Assembly (NCBI GenBank): GCA_963716725.1 | Contig: CAVQUB010000013.1 | Location: forward strand, 160,001 to 224,000 | Source of the DNA: an uncultured delta proteobacterium | GTDB taxonomy: Bacteria > Myxococcota_A > Polyangia > Polyangiales > Polyangiaceae | Direction of reading: 5' to 3' | Length of the DNA stretch: 64,000 nucleotides | Shown: positions 37,903 through 47,911 of the stretch, in pieces | Layout of the letters: the number at the start of each line of letters is the position of its first letter | How positions within the stretch are numbered: the stretch's first letter is position 1 | Program-made: the position numbers and the translations under genes | Notes under the pieces: generated by a model | The model's input: the letters and a program-made list of their open reading frames with translations, nothing else | What the model was told of the DNA's origin: nothing | Databases searched by the model: none

Positions 37903-39678
37903 TCAGGGCGCGGCCGGCACGGCCTTCTTGCGCAGCGTGACCAGCTTCTCGGCCTGAATGCGCTCGGCGGCGTCCGGATCGACGTAGTCGCTGTGACAGC
38001 TGGCCTTGTCGCCTTGGCGCGCGCCGACGGCGCTCTGGGTCTTGGTGGCCAGGCGATGGATCTCTTCCGGGGGCAAGACGCCGCGCTTCTCGAGCACCGC
38101 ACGCTGCTCGTCCGAGAGCGCCGGGCTCTTCAGCACGCGCTCGCGCTCAAAGCCCTCGGCCTTGCCGCTAGCAAATTCGACAATCTCCTTCGAGATGCGC
38201 ACCGAACACCAATCGTGGCCGCACATCGCGCAAAAATCCGTGTCGACGTCCAGATCTTCGTCGTGCAGCGCCCGGGCGTAGTCTCCGTCGAAGGCAAGCT
38301 CGAAGTGCTTCTCCCAATTGAGCGCGGCGCGGGCCTTGGTCAGGTTGTCGTCCCAGTCGCGCGTGCCCGGGATGCCCAGCGCCACGTCGGCGGCGTGGGC
38401 CGCGATCTTGTAGGCGATGCAGCCCTGCTTCACGTCGTCGCGCTTGGGCAGCCCAACGTGCTCCTTCGGCGTGACGTAGCAGAGCATGGCCGCACCGTGA
38501 TAGGCCGCCGCCGTCGCCCCAATGCAGCTCGTAATGTGATCGTAGCCGGGGAACACGTCGGTGACGATGGGCCCGAGCACGTAGAACGGCGCCCCGTGAC
38601 ACAGGCGTCGCTCGAGTTTCATGTTGTATTCGATCTGATCGAAGGGCACGTGACCCGGCCCCTCGATCATGACCTGCACACCCTTGCGCCACGCGCGCTC
38701 GGTCAGCTCGCCCAGCGTCTCGAGCTCGCGGAGTTGCGCCTCGTCGCTGGCGTCCGCGAGGCCTCCCGGTCGAAGGCCGTCCCCCAGCGAGAACGCCACG
38801 TCGAACTCCCGCATCACGTCGCAGATGCGCTCGAAGGCGGAGTACATGGGGTTCTCCTGGCCGTGTACCAGCATCCATTTGGCCAGCAGTGAGCCGCCGC
38901 GGCTGACGATGCCGATCGCGCGGCGCCTCACCAGAGGCAGGTGCTCGCGCAGGAGCCCTGCGTGGATGGTGAAGTAGTCGACGCCTTGGCGAGCCTGGTG
39001 TCTGAGGGTCTCGAGGATCATCTCTTCCCCGAGCTCTTCGATCTTGCGCCCAATGATCATCGAGTAGATGGGCACCGTGCCGATGGGCACGCTGGACGCG
39101 CGAAGAATAGCCTCGCGGCAGGCGTCGAGATCGCCGCCGGTCGACAGATCCATCACCGTATCGGCGCCCCAGCGCACCGACCACCGCATCTTCTCGACCT
39201 CTTCGTCGGTCCCGCTCGACACAGGGGACGCGCCGAGGTTTGCGTTGACCTTGGTACCTCCGGCGCGACCGATGCACATCGCGTCGAGCCCGTATCCGAG
39301 GTGAACCCGGTTGGCGGGGATGATCATGCGGCCGGCGCCGACCTCGTCGCGCACCTGTTCCGGAGTCAGGTGCGGCTCGCGCTCGGCGACCCGACGCATC
39401 TCGGGCGTGACGGCGCCGAGGCGCGCGTGCTCGAGCTGGGTGACCGGAACGAAACCCGCTGGAGCCTTCGCGAAGCCACTGCTCTGGCGCAGCCAACCCT
39501 CGGGGAGGAAGTCCCATGCGGTCTTGTCGCTCGGCTGCGGCATGCCCGGCGTGTCCGGCGAAGAAAACGCGAGCGGCCCGCCAATGTCGGCCCGCTCTGC
39601 AAACGAGCCGGGGGTCGTGCCCTCGCCCAGGGTCGACGGATTTGGGGCGCCACGAAGCGGCAGGGTCCACGCGGGCAT
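37903..39678 (-). CDS. thiC: Phosphomethylpyrimidine synthase
   Basis: [78 protein letters not shown] Fe-S motif; AGGAAGG RBS before ATG 39678. Confidence 0.97.
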   Translation of the reverse strand: MPAWTLPLRGAPNPSTLGEGTTPGSFAERADIGGPLAFSSPDTPGMPQPSDKTAWDFLPEGWLRQSSGFAKAPAGFVPVTQLEHARLGAVTPEMRRVAEREPHLTPEQVRDEVGAGRMIIPANRVHLGYGLDAMCIGRAGGTKVNANLGASPVSSGTDEEVEKMRWSVRWGADTVMDLSTGGDLDACREAILRASSVPIGTVPIYSMIIGRKIEELGEEMILETLRHQARQGVDYFTIHAGLLREHLPLVRRRAIGIVSRGGSLLAKWMLVHGQENPMYSAFERICDVMREFDVAFSLGDGLRPGGLADASDEAQLRELETLGELTERAWRKGVQVMIEGPGHVPFDQIEYNMKLERRLCHGAPFYVLGPIVTDVFPGYDHITSCIGATAAAYHGAAMLCYVTPKEHVGLPKRDDVKQGCIAYKIAAHAADVALGIPGTRDWDDNLTKARAALNWEKHFELAFDGDYARALHDEDLDVDTDFCAMCGHDWCSVRISKEIVEFASGKAEGFERERVLKSPALSDEQRAVLEKRGVLPPEEIHRLATKTQSAVGARQGDKASCHSDYVDPDAAERIQAEKLVTLRKKAVPAAP

Positions 39679-39729
39679 ATTCGATAGTCCTTCCTGTCAC
39701 TCGAAGTGGAACGGACGCCGGGGCCGCCG

Positions 39730-39818
39730 GTCGCCGCATTCCTCCGCTGGTCCGAACCAGATCAGGTTTGCGGGTTCTTCTCAGCTGCCCCAATTTGGGA
39801 CCGCGCCCCGAGCGACTC
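39730..39818 (-). ncRNA. TPP riboswitch (THI element)
   Basis: Minus strand GGGGCGC...GCTGAGAAGAACCC-GCAAACCTGATCTGGTTCGGACCAGCGGAGGAA, with P1-type pairing GTCGC/GCGAC, directly upstream of thiC. Confidence 0.92.
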
Positions 39819-40059
39819 ACGAGTCGTAGGCCAGAAGGCAGCCGATCGCCAGGGCCCAATGAGGCCGCGGCGCGGCGCGTGCAAAAGCACAAGCGGGCGC
39901 AATAAAGTGCCGCTCGAGCCACCCGCTGCCGCGTCGACTCCAAGGCAGTGCCTGTGGGCGATGCGCCGAGGAGGGCGCACCGTGTGTGCCTCACGCGAGG
40001 CTTGTTGCGCAGCGAACGGGTCGTCTATGCTGAAGGGCCATTTTGGGCGAGGAGCAAAC

Positions 40060-43000
40060 ATGTCTAGGTTCATCGCGCTGGCGGCCGCAGCCGCCTTCTC
40101 ATTGTCGCTGGTCGGTGCCAACGGCTGCGGGGGTAACAACCGGCCTGGACGGCTGCCACCAGGCGTGAACCCAGGGTTGTCGACCGAGGTCGTCTCGACC
40201 TACGCCGAGCCGCTGATCGTGGACTGGGACTCCGGGCATCGCACGGATCTCGAGGTCCTGACGCGCGATCGAATCGCCGTGGTGCGCTACCAGAAGAACG
40301 CCATCAAGATGTTGAAAGACTGCTCGCTCGAGGGCGAGTACGGCTACGTCGGCGTCAACAAGAAAGAAGACGTCATCCGCATGGACTCGCTCGACGAGGT
40401 CGCGGCGAACCTTCCGGGCATCTTCGCCACCGCGGGCGCCAAGCTCGGCGCCGAGATGCAGAAAGGCTCGACCATCGATCTCGGCCTGGTGACCGTCGGC
40501 AAGCGCACCGCGGTCCGCACCAGCGCCGAGCGCTCGGAGCTCAAGGGCGAGTGCGACGGCGCAACCCACTTCGTCCGTGGGGCGACCATCGGCGCCTTCG
40601 CGGTGCAGACCGGTCAGAAGTCGAAGCTGGCCACCGTGGCGGGCCTGTTCGGAGCGGGGTTGGAGGCCAGGTCGACCAACAGCAGCTCGGTGTCCAACAA
40701 GGACGGCTCGATTCAGAAGTGCGACAGCGCGACCACCGACGCGAAGAACGCGCCCGAGGGTTGCGGCTCGCTCCTACGCCTCGAGCTCCGACCCTTCGAC
40801 GCACCGAAGAAGGTGGCACGCAAGGACGACAAGGGCAGCGTGGTCAAGGCCGACGAAATCCCCGAGTGCAGCCCGGGCTTGGTCTGGGACGGCAGCAAAT
40901 GCGCCTCCAAGAACGCCACCAAGTCCTTCGCTTGCACCGGCAAGGACCAAGCGCAGTGCCGAAGCCAGTGCGAGAAGAACAACGCCAAGAGCTGCACGCA
41001 GCTGGCCCGCCTCTTCCGCAACGCGGGCAAGGATCCGATCCAGGCCGTGGAGTTCTTCAAGAAAGCGTGCCGTCTGGGCGACGAGGCCGCCTGCGCCGAG
41101 CACGGCTGGCACCTGCTCAACGGCATCGACGTCCTCGCGGACAAGTTCAAGGCCTTCGAGACCTTCCAAAAGGCCTGCACGGCGGGTGACGGCCTCGGCT
41201 GTTCATTCTTGGCCGGCATGCACCGCGCCGGCATCGCTCCCGAGGCCACACCCCAGAAGGCCTTTAGCCTGTTCAAGCGCGCCTGCGACGGCGGCCTGTC
41301 CGAGGGCTGCGTCGAGTTCGGTACCATGTACGAAAAGGGGATCGGGACGACGCGAGATGCCAAGAAGGCATTGACGATTTACGAACGGACCTGCCGCGCC
41401 GACAACCCCGACGCCTGCGCCCACGCGGGTAGCTTGTTCACGAACGAGCGACGCGGCGCCGGCCTCGATCGCCAGAAGGCCCGTGAGCTCTTCACGACCT
41501 CCTGCGACAAGGGCAGCGCGCTCGGCTGCACCGAGCTCGGCAACATGTTCTTCGGCGGAGCGGGGCTCGAGCGCGACAAGCAGTCCGAGCACGACTCGGA
41601 GGCAGCCAAGCTCTACGAAAAGGCCTGCGGGCTCTGGGGCGGAGCGGAAGGCTGCGCCCGGCTGGGCAACATGCTGATCAAGGGCTGGGGGGTAAAGCGG
41701 GACTCTTTCCGTGGCGTCCAGCGGATCGAGGAAGGCTGCTCGAAGGGCAGCGGTTTCGCCTGCGCCGAACTCGGCAAGATCTACGCGGGCGGCATCTACA
41801 AGGCCCGCGACCCGGTCAAGGCCTACGAGTACTACCAGAAGGCCTGCAGTCTGTTCGACGGAGAGGGCTGCCGGTTGATCGCGCAGCTGTACCGCAACGG
41901 AGAAGGCGTCGCTCGCGACTCCAAGCGTTCCCACGAGTTCTTCGAGCGTGGTTGCAAGACCGGGCATTTGCCTTCGTGCCACCAGGTGGCCGTCGATCTG
42001 TATCAGGCCGTCGGCACGACGCGCGATCTCACCAAGGCCCTCAACTACTACGAGAACGCTTGCGGAGGCGGTTTTGCCAAGTCGTGCAACGAGGTCGGCT
42101 TCCTCTACGACAAGGGCGAAGGCGGCGTGAAGCAGGACAAGCAGAAAGCGGCCCAGTCCTTCGAAAAGGGCTGTGAGTGGGGCGACGGTTGGTCCTGCGA
42201 AAACCTAGGCCGCTACATCGAGCAGAAGATCTACAAAGCGCCGTCCCAAGACCGAGCGCTCGACCTCTTCGCCAAGGCCTGTGAGGCTGCGGAGGGCGAT
42301 CCGACCGCCTGCGCGCGCCTCGCCAACCGCTACTTCAACGGGGTGGGCATCGAGAAGGACGCGATGAAGGGCATCCAGTTCCTGCGGCGGGGCTGCGACG
42401 CCAAACGCGACAACCAGAGCTGCGTGCAGCTCGCCGACGTCTATCGCGTCGGTAAATTCGGCGCCGCCACCAACGCCACGGAAGCGATCAAGTACTACGA
42501 CCGAGCGTGTTTGGGACGCGTCGAATCGGCCTGTGAATCCAAAGCCGAAATGTACGCAAAGGGCCTCGGAGTCTCGGCCAACCCGACCGAGGCCGCGCGC
42601 ATCCGCCAGCAGAGCTGCGATCGCGGCAACACCATCGGCTGCCGCAACTTGGCTTTGATGTACAAAGAGGGCGTCGGCGTGCCCAAGAAGGACCCGGCCA
42701 TGGCCGCGACCCTTCACGAGAAAGCCTGCAACCTACGCTCGAACGCCGACTGCTACGAGCTCGCGCTCATGTACGAGAAGGGCGAGGGCGTGAAGCAAGA
42801 CGGCAAGCGAGTCGCCAGCCTGTTCCAGCGCGCCTGCGGCTTCGGCAACTACGAGGCCTGCTCGAACCTCGGCTACTACATCTTCAAGGGTGCCGCGGAC
42901 CACAAGAAGGACACGACCATCGGGCTGGCTCGGCTCCGACAGGGCTGCAGCAGCTACAGCTGGCGCTACAAGGACGAGAAAGAGAAGATCAAGAACGTCT

Positions 43001-43113
43001 GGTCCTGCGGCGCGCTGAAGCGACTGAACCAAAAACTGGACGGCCCCAACGCCACTGGAGCGCCAGGCTACAAGCCGCCGCCCTCGTACTACGGCGCTGG
43101 CCAGAAGATGTGA
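40060..43113 (+). CDS. Large Cys-rich Sel1-like repeat lipoprotein with uncharacterised N-terminal domain
   Basis: GAGGAG RBS, ATG 40060, lipobox ANGC; many A-x2-(Y/F)-x-K/R-A-C-x2-G-x3-C-x2-LG-x2-Y-x2-G-x-G repeats (HcpA/C-like disulfide SLRs). Confidence 0.9.
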   Translation: MSRFIALAAAAAFSLSLVGANGCGGNNRPGRLPPGVNPGLSTEVVSTYAEPLIVDWDSGHRTDLEVLTRDRIAVVRYQKNAIKMLKDCSLEGEYGYVGVNKKEDVIRMDSLDEVAANLPGIFATAGAKLGAEMQKGSTIDLGLVTVGKRTAVRTSAERSELKGECDGATHFVRGATIGAFAVQTGQKSKLATVAGLFGAGLEARSTNSSSVSNKDGSIQKCDSATTDAKNAPEGCGSLLRLELRPFDAPKKVARKDDKGSVVKADEIPECSPGLVWDGSKCASKNATKSFACTGKDQAQCRSQCEKNNAKSCTQLARLFRNAGKDPIQAVEFFKKACRLGDEAACAEHGWHLLNGIDVLADKFKAFETFQKACTAGDGLGCSFLAGMHRAGIAPEATPQKAFSLFKRACDGGLSEGCVEFGTMYEKGIGTTRDAKKALTIYERTCRADNPDACAHAGSLFTNERRGAGLDRQKARELFTTSCDKGSALGCTELGNMFFGGAGLERDKQSEHDSEAAKLYEKACGLWGGAEGCARLGNMLIKGWGVKRDSFRGVQRIEEGCSKGSGFACAELGKIYAGGIYKARDPVKAYEYYQKACSLFDGEGCRLIAQLYRNGEGVARDSKRSHEFFERGCKTGHLPSCHQVAVDLYQAVGTTRDLTKALNYYENACGGGFAKSCNEVGFLYDKGEGGVKQDKQKAAQSFEKGCEWGDGWSCENLGRYIEQKIYKAPSQDRALDLFAKACEAAEGDPTACARLANRYFNGVGIEKDAMKGIQFLRRGCDAKRDNQSCVQLADVYRVGKFGAATNATEAIKYYDRACLGRVESACESKAEMYAKGLGVSANPTEAARIRQQSCDRGNTIGCRNLALMYKEGVGVPKKDPAMAATLHEKACNLRSNADCYELALMYEKGEGVKQDGKRVASLFQRACGFGNYEACSNLGYYIFKGAADHKKDTTIGLARLRQGCSSYSWRYKDEKEKIKNVWSCGALKRLNQKLDGPNATGAPGYKPPPSYYGAGQKM

Positions 43114-43133
43114 GGCGCGGGCGGGCGCGGCGC

Positions 43134-43706
43134 TCAGCCGGCGTCTTCGAGCTGGATGCCCTCGTAGAGCTCGTTCACAGCCAGAGCGAGTTTGGGGGCC
43201 TCGAGCGCCACGACGTCACTGTCTCGGTGCTCGGTCCGCACCCACCCGCTCTCGGTGCGGACGACAGCGGTCACTTGCCGGCGCCGGTGTGAGACGATCA
43301 GCACGGCACGAACGCTCGGGCACCGTTTGTAGTGCTCGAGCTTCTCCCCGCGGTCGTAGTCCTCGGTCGACTGGCTCGTGACCTCGACCAAGATCGTCGG
43401 GTTGGTCACGGCATTGCGATCGACCGAGGCAACCTCTCGCTCGCCACAGACCACGCTGACGTCCGGAAAGGTCGAGAGGTCCGTGGCCTCGATCCGAACT
43501 TTGAGATCGGAGGACGACACTCGACACTGACCCAGCAGTGCATTGCCGAGGAGCCTGGTCACCGACGCGGCCAAGTCCGCGTGGGCCGGAGTCCCGCCCG
43601 CCATGGCGTAGATCTCCCCCTCGCAAAACTCCAGCTTCACACCACTGACCTCGAGCACTCCGAGGTAGTCCGTGTAGCTATGGTGGAGCTTCCGCGCGAT
43701 CGTCAC
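43134..43706 (-). CDS. Uma2 family (PD-(D/E)XK) endonuclease-like protein
   Basis: KLEFCEGEIYAMAGGTPAH, FPDVSVVCG, NPTILVEVTSQSTEDYDRGEK. Confidence 0.92.
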   Translation of the reverse strand: MTIARKLHHSYTDYLGVLEVSGVKLEFCEGEIYAMAGGTPAHADLAASVTRLLGNALLGQCRVSSSDLKVRIEATDLSTFPDVSVVCGEREVASVDRNAVTNPTILVEVTSQSTEDYDRGEKLEHYKRCPSVRAVLIVSHRRRQVTAVVRTESGWVRTEHRDSDVVALEAPKLALAVNELYEGIQLEDAG

Positions 43707-43800
43707 GAATCGACTGTAGCGCGCTGACCGCCGCGGCACCAGACCGCCCCCACGCTCGGGCGACTTGCGGACGCCGGGAGAGCCTCCTAGCTTCGACCTC

Positions 43801-45033
43801 ATGTTCCGGTGGGTCACGGCGTTCCCGTTTCTCGTCGCGGGCTGCGCCGCGGGCGCGCCGGGCGCCAAGAGCGAAGGCGGCGCGCTGTGCCGCTCCGAGA
43901 GCGAGTGCGAAGCCGCATGCTCGGAGGAGCGTCCCGCGGCCTGCTACGCGCTGCTCTTTCTGCACACACGCGGCGAGGCCGGAGCCAAAGCCGCGAAGAC
44001 AGCCCACGATCGTCTGGCCGAGAGCTGCGAGACCAAGAACGCGACCGGGTGCCACCTGATCGGAGCGGCCCTGCTCGAAGGCCTCGGAGTCCAACGCAGC
44101 CGCACGGCAGCTACCGCCGCGTTCGTGCGCGCCTGCGAGCTCGGCCGCGACGCCGACTGCGCGATCGCCGCAGAGTTGCTGCGAGGCGGACGCGCCGGCC
44201 CGCCGGACTTCGCCCGTGCGCGGGCCCTCGCGGCTCGCGGCTGCCACGGAGGAAACGCGGCGAGCTGCACAGAGCTCGCCAACATGACGCGCTACGGCCA
44301 AGGCATGCCCAAGAACCCGGCCCGCGCGGCCGCGCTCTACCAAAAAGCCTGCGAGCTAGGTGATCCAGTGGGGTGCGGGCTGCTCGGGACGCTGCTCGGC
44401 GGCGACGACGGGCTGCCCGTCGATCCCGAGCGCGCTCGGGGCGCCTTCGAGAAGGCATGCGAGGGCGGCGTCGCCATCGCGTGTACCAGCGTGGGGGTGA
44501 TGCTGGCCAAGACCGATCCACCGAGCAGCGTCCGCTGGCTCGAGCGCGGTTGTGCGAGCGCGCAAACGGCTGCGTGCGCCTATCTCGCCACGTTGCTCTA
44601 CGAAGGCAGTGGAGCGACCCGCGACGTCCCGCGCGCCGCCGAGCTCCTGCGCCAGACCTGCGACAAGAACCTGCTCGAGAGCTGCACCCTGCTGGGGACG
44701 ATCCTCGCGTCGGGCAACGGGGTGCCCCGAGACGACTCGGGCGCCACCAAAGCCTACGAGCGGTCCTGCGCGGGCGGCGACGAGCTCGCGTGCTCGGGGC
44801 TCGGGGCGCTCTTGCTCACGAGCAGCACCATCGCGAAGAATGAACAGCGGGGCTCCGCGCTCTTGTCCCGAGCCTGCGACTCGGGTCGGGCCGACGCCTG
44901 CGGCGTGCTGGGCGCGCACTACGCTGCCGCAGGAGAGAAGACTCTGGCTCGCCCGCTGCTCGAGAAGGCCTGCGCGGGCGGACACGCGAGCAGCTGCACA
45001 ACGCTCAGGGATCTCCCGGAGCCGTCTCCGTGA
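43801..45033 (+). CDS. Sel1-like repeat lipoprotein
   Basis: Lipobox VAGC; repeated KACELG...CGLLG and RSCAGG...CSGLG units. Confidence 0.88.
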   Translation: MFRWVTAFPFLVAGCAAGAPGAKSEGGALCRSESECEAACSEERPAACYALLFLHTRGEAGAKAAKTAHDRLAESCETKNATGCHLIGAALLEGLGVQRSRTAATAAFVRACELGRDADCAIAAELLRGGRAGPPDFARARALAARGCHGGNAASCTELANMTRYGQGMPKNPARAAALYQKACELGDPVGCGLLGTLLGGDDGLPVDPERARGAFEKACEGGVAIACTSVGVMLAKTDPPSSVRWLERGCASAQTAACAYLATLLYEGSGATRDVPRAAELLRQTCDKNLLESCTLLGTILASGNGVPRDDSGATKAYERSCAGGDELACSGLGALLLTSSTIAKNEQRGSALLSRACDSGRADACGVLGAHYAAAGEKTLARPLLEKACAGGHASSCTTLRDLPEPSP

Positions 45034-45746
45034 GTCTGGTCGAGATCAGTCGAGCGCTGAGCCGACGCGTCAATCGGCTACGCTTCGCGCTGCCCGTCAC
45101 CCATGTGTACAACCCCCTGGACTACGCCCAGGCTCCCCACGAAAACTACCTCGAGCGCTGGGGGCGCGGCGACAAGCGAGTCGTGTTCTTGGGCATGAAC
45201 CCGGGACCCTTCGGCATGGCGCAAACCGGAGTCCCGTTCGGGGAGGTGTCACTGGTCCGGGACTGGCTCGGCATCGACGCGGAGGTGAAGCAGCCAAGAC
45301 ACGTACACCCGAAACGTCCGGTCGAAGGCTTCTCGTGCACACGCTCCGAAGTGAGCGGGGCTCGCCTCTGGGGTTTCTTCCGCGATGCGTTTGGCACGCC
45401 AAGAGCGTTCTTCCGTGAGCATTTCGTCTCGAACTACTGCCCCCTCGCCTTCATGGAAGAGAGCGGCAAAAACCGCACCCCGGACAAGCTACCGGCACCC
45501 GAGCGAGAAGCGCTCTATTCCGCCTGCGACCGGGCCCTCCTCGAGCTCACCAACGAGCTCTCGCCCGAGCTGGTGATCGGCGTCGGAGCATTCGCAACCG
45601 AGCGCGCGAAGCGGGCGCTCGTGGGCAAGCAGATTGCGATCGCGAGCGTCCTGCATCCGAGCCCGGCGAGTCCCAGGGCAAACCGCGGTTGGGCGGCGGC
45701 CGCGGCCCAGGAACTCGCCTGCCTCGGCCTGCGTATCGGGCAATGA
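45030..45746 (+). CDS. SMUG1-type (family 3) uracil-DNA glycosylase
   Basis: VYNPLDYA, GMNPGPFGMAQTGVPFG, SEVSGARLW, NYCPLAF, HPSPASP. Confidence 0.93.
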   Translation: MSLVEISRALSRRVNRLRFALPVTHVYNPLDYAQAPHENYLERWGRGDKRVVFLGMNPGPFGMAQTGVPFGEVSLVRDWLGIDAEVKQPRHVHPKRPVEGFSCTRSEVSGARLWGFFRDAFGTPRAFFREHFVSNYCPLAFMEESGKNRTPDKLPAPEREALYSACDRALLELTNELSPELVIGVGAFATERAKRALVGKQIAIASVLHPSPASPRANRGWAAAAAQELACLGLRIGQ

Positions 45747-47911
45747 GGCGATTTCTCCCGGTGGTTGCCCTGGCGTTGCTACTGGCCTGTTGGGCGCTGG
45801 TGAGCATTCGGGTATCGGCGCCCGCGCCCAAGCCATACGACGCGCCGCTCAACGAGTTCAGCGCCGAGCGTGCCTACGAATCACTCCGGAGCGTGCTGCC
45901 CACGAATACGCCGCACCCAACCGGCAGCACGGAGCAGCGCCGCGTGCGGGCACGCATCGAAGCGCGCCTTCGCGAATTGGACTACGCGGTGCGAGTGCAG
46001 CGCACGCCCGTCTGCAGTCGGTACGGGGTCTGCGCCCTGGTCGAGAACGTCCTGGCGGAACGCAACCCGGCGCCGGGACCGCGAGTGCTGCTCGCTGCGC
46101 ACTACGACTCGGTGCCCGCAGGTCCCGGGGGCTCGGACGACGGCGTGGGAGTCGCGACGCTGCTCGAAGTCGCGCGTGCGCTTCGCCACCGGACGACCCG
46201 TTTGCCGACCCTGTTGCTCTTCACCGACGGCGAAGAGGCCGGTTTGCTGGGTGCCGAGGCGTTCGTCCGGGACGAGCTCCCAAAGGTCGAGATCGCAGCG
46301 GTCGTGAACGTCGAGGCCCGGGGCACTTCGGGCGCGGCGCTCCTCTTCGAAACCAGCGGACCGAACGTGTGGCTGGTGGCAGCGTTCGCGCGCGCGAGCC
46401 CGCGACCCGTGACGAGCTCGCTCTTTCCCGCCGTCTATCAGCGACTGCCCAACGACACCGACCTCAGCGTGTTTGCCCGCGCGGGGATCCCCGGCGTCAA
46501 CTTCGCGAACATCGGTGGAATTGCTCACTATCACACTCCCCAGGACGACCTCGATCGCTTGTCCCTGCGTACTCTGCAGCACCACGGCGACGCGGCGCTG
46601 GGACTCGCCGCTGGGCTCGAGCGCGCGGATCCGCTGGCGGGAAGCTCGCTGTTTTTCGACGTGCTTGGGCTCTTCGTCGTGCAACTTCCGCTGCGCTACT
46701 CGCCGTGGCTGTATGCGATCGCATCCTTGCTCTGGAGCGCGGTGCTGGCCCTCGCCTTCCGCCGCGGCGTCCGCGTCACGCGCTTCTTGCGCGGCTTCGG
46801 CTCGTTGCCGCTGCTGGTGGTTCTCGCGACCGTCGCGAGCTTGGGGTTGGGCTCGCTGTTGCGGGCTGCCGGCACCCTCGGCACGGGTTGGCCAGCCCAC
46901 CCCGAGCCCTTCTTTCTGGCCACGGGCAGCTGCCTGCTGCTGCTCTCGCTCGCACTGCCTTCGCAAGTCGACTCGGGCGAAGACGAACTCTGGCTCGCGA
47001 CCTGGACCTTCTTCGGCCTCGTCGGCTGGGGGGTGGGCGTCCTGTTGCCGGAGGCGAGCTTCTTGTTCCTGCTCCCGTGGTCGGTCGCCGCGGCGGCCGG
47101 CCTCTGCTCCCGCGGCGCCATCGCGGTCCTCGCCCCGGCGGTCGCGGGCGCCATCTTGTGGTTGCCCGTGCTGATGCTGTCCTACGATGCCCTCGGCCTC
47201 GCCATTCCGGGGCTCTTCGCGGCCTGCGCGGCGCTGGGACTCGCGGGGTTCCTGCCTGCGCTCGGGCCCCTCTCGGCCCGACCGCGCCGCTTCTTGGTCC
47301 GTCTGACCACGACCTCGGCGCTCGGCTGCGCGGTGATCGGCTGCATCGTGCCGCCCTTCTCCGTCGAATCACCCCAACGGCTGAGCATCGCGTACCACCT
47401 CGACGCGGACTCGGGCCGCGCTCGGCTGGTCGTCGATGCGTCGTCAGGCCCCGTGCCGGAGAGCGTGCTCGACGCCGCCGTTTTCTCGGAGAAAATCGTA
47501 GATCCCTCACCAACGTTCGTGGGCTGGCGGCCCGAAGCGCGCGAAGCCGAGGCGGCGGCCGAGGCGCTGCCCGCGCCGGAGATCATCCAAGTTGCCCCCG
47601 GCCGAGTGCGGATCCGCTCGCGACGCGGCGCCCACACGCTGTCATTGCACTGTGCCCACACTTCGACAGCCACGGGCGTGACCTTCGGTGAGCTCGCGGC
47701 GCCGCTCCGCGGCGGAGTGCTCACCCTGCTCGGCGTCGGTGCCGAAGGGACCGAACTTGGCATCGAAGGCGGCGACCGGGGCTGCGTGATCGCCGACCAC
47801 ACTAGCGGCCTACCACCTCAGGCGCAGCAAGCGCTGCGGGCTCGACCGATCTGGGCTGCGCCATCCCAGGCAGGCGACGAGACGGTGGTGAGTCGCCGAG
47901 CGTCGTTCTAA
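45743..47911 (+). CDS. M28 family metallopeptidase with multi-TM C-terminal region
   Basis: AHYDSV, GGSDDGVG, TDGEEAGLLGA, NVEARG, PNDTDL, YHTPQD, followed by ~8 TM helices. Confidence 0.93.
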   Translation: MRRFLPVVALALLLACWALVSIRVSAPAPKPYDAPLNEFSAERAYESLRSVLPTNTPHPTGSTEQRRVRARIEARLRELDYAVRVQRTPVCSRYGVCALVENVLAERNPAPGPRVLLAAHYDSVPAGPGGSDDGVGVATLLEVARALRHRTTRLPTLLLFTDGEEAGLLGAEAFVRDELPKVEIAAVVNVEARGTSGAALLFETSGPNVWLVAAFARASPRPVTSSLFPAVYQRLPNDTDLSVFARAGIPGVNFANIGGIAHYHTPQDDLDRLSLRTLQHHGDAALGLAAGLERADPLAGSSLFFDVLGLFVVQLPLRYSPWLYAIASLLWSAVLALAFRRGVRVTRFLRGFGSLPLLVVLATVASLGLGSLLRAAGTLGTGWPAHPEPFFLATGSCLLLLSLALPSQVDSGEDELWLATWTFFGLVGWGVGVLLPEASFLFLLPWSVAAAAGLCSRGAIAVLAPAVAGAILWLPVLMLSYDALGLAIPGLFAACAALGLAGFLPALGPLSARPRRFLVRLTTTSALGCAVIGCIVPPFSVESPQRLSIAYHLDADSGRARLVVDASSGPVPESVLDAAVFSEKIVDPSPTFVGWRPEAREAEAAAEALPAPEIIQVAPGRVRIRSRRGAHTLSLHCAHTSTATGVTFGELAAPLRGGVLTLLGVGAEGTELGIEGGDRGCVIADHTSGLPPQAQQALRARPIWAAPSQAGDETVVSRRASF

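Noticed and set aside
39706..40059. N-terminal extension of the Sel1 protein
   Set aside because: Overlaps the TPP riboswitch on the other strand; the RBS and lipoprotein signal support ATG 40060.
43134..43706. Uma2 nuclease as part of a defence system
   Set aside because: Solitary member of a family often highly expanded in myxobacteria; no methylase or other defence partner is adjacent.
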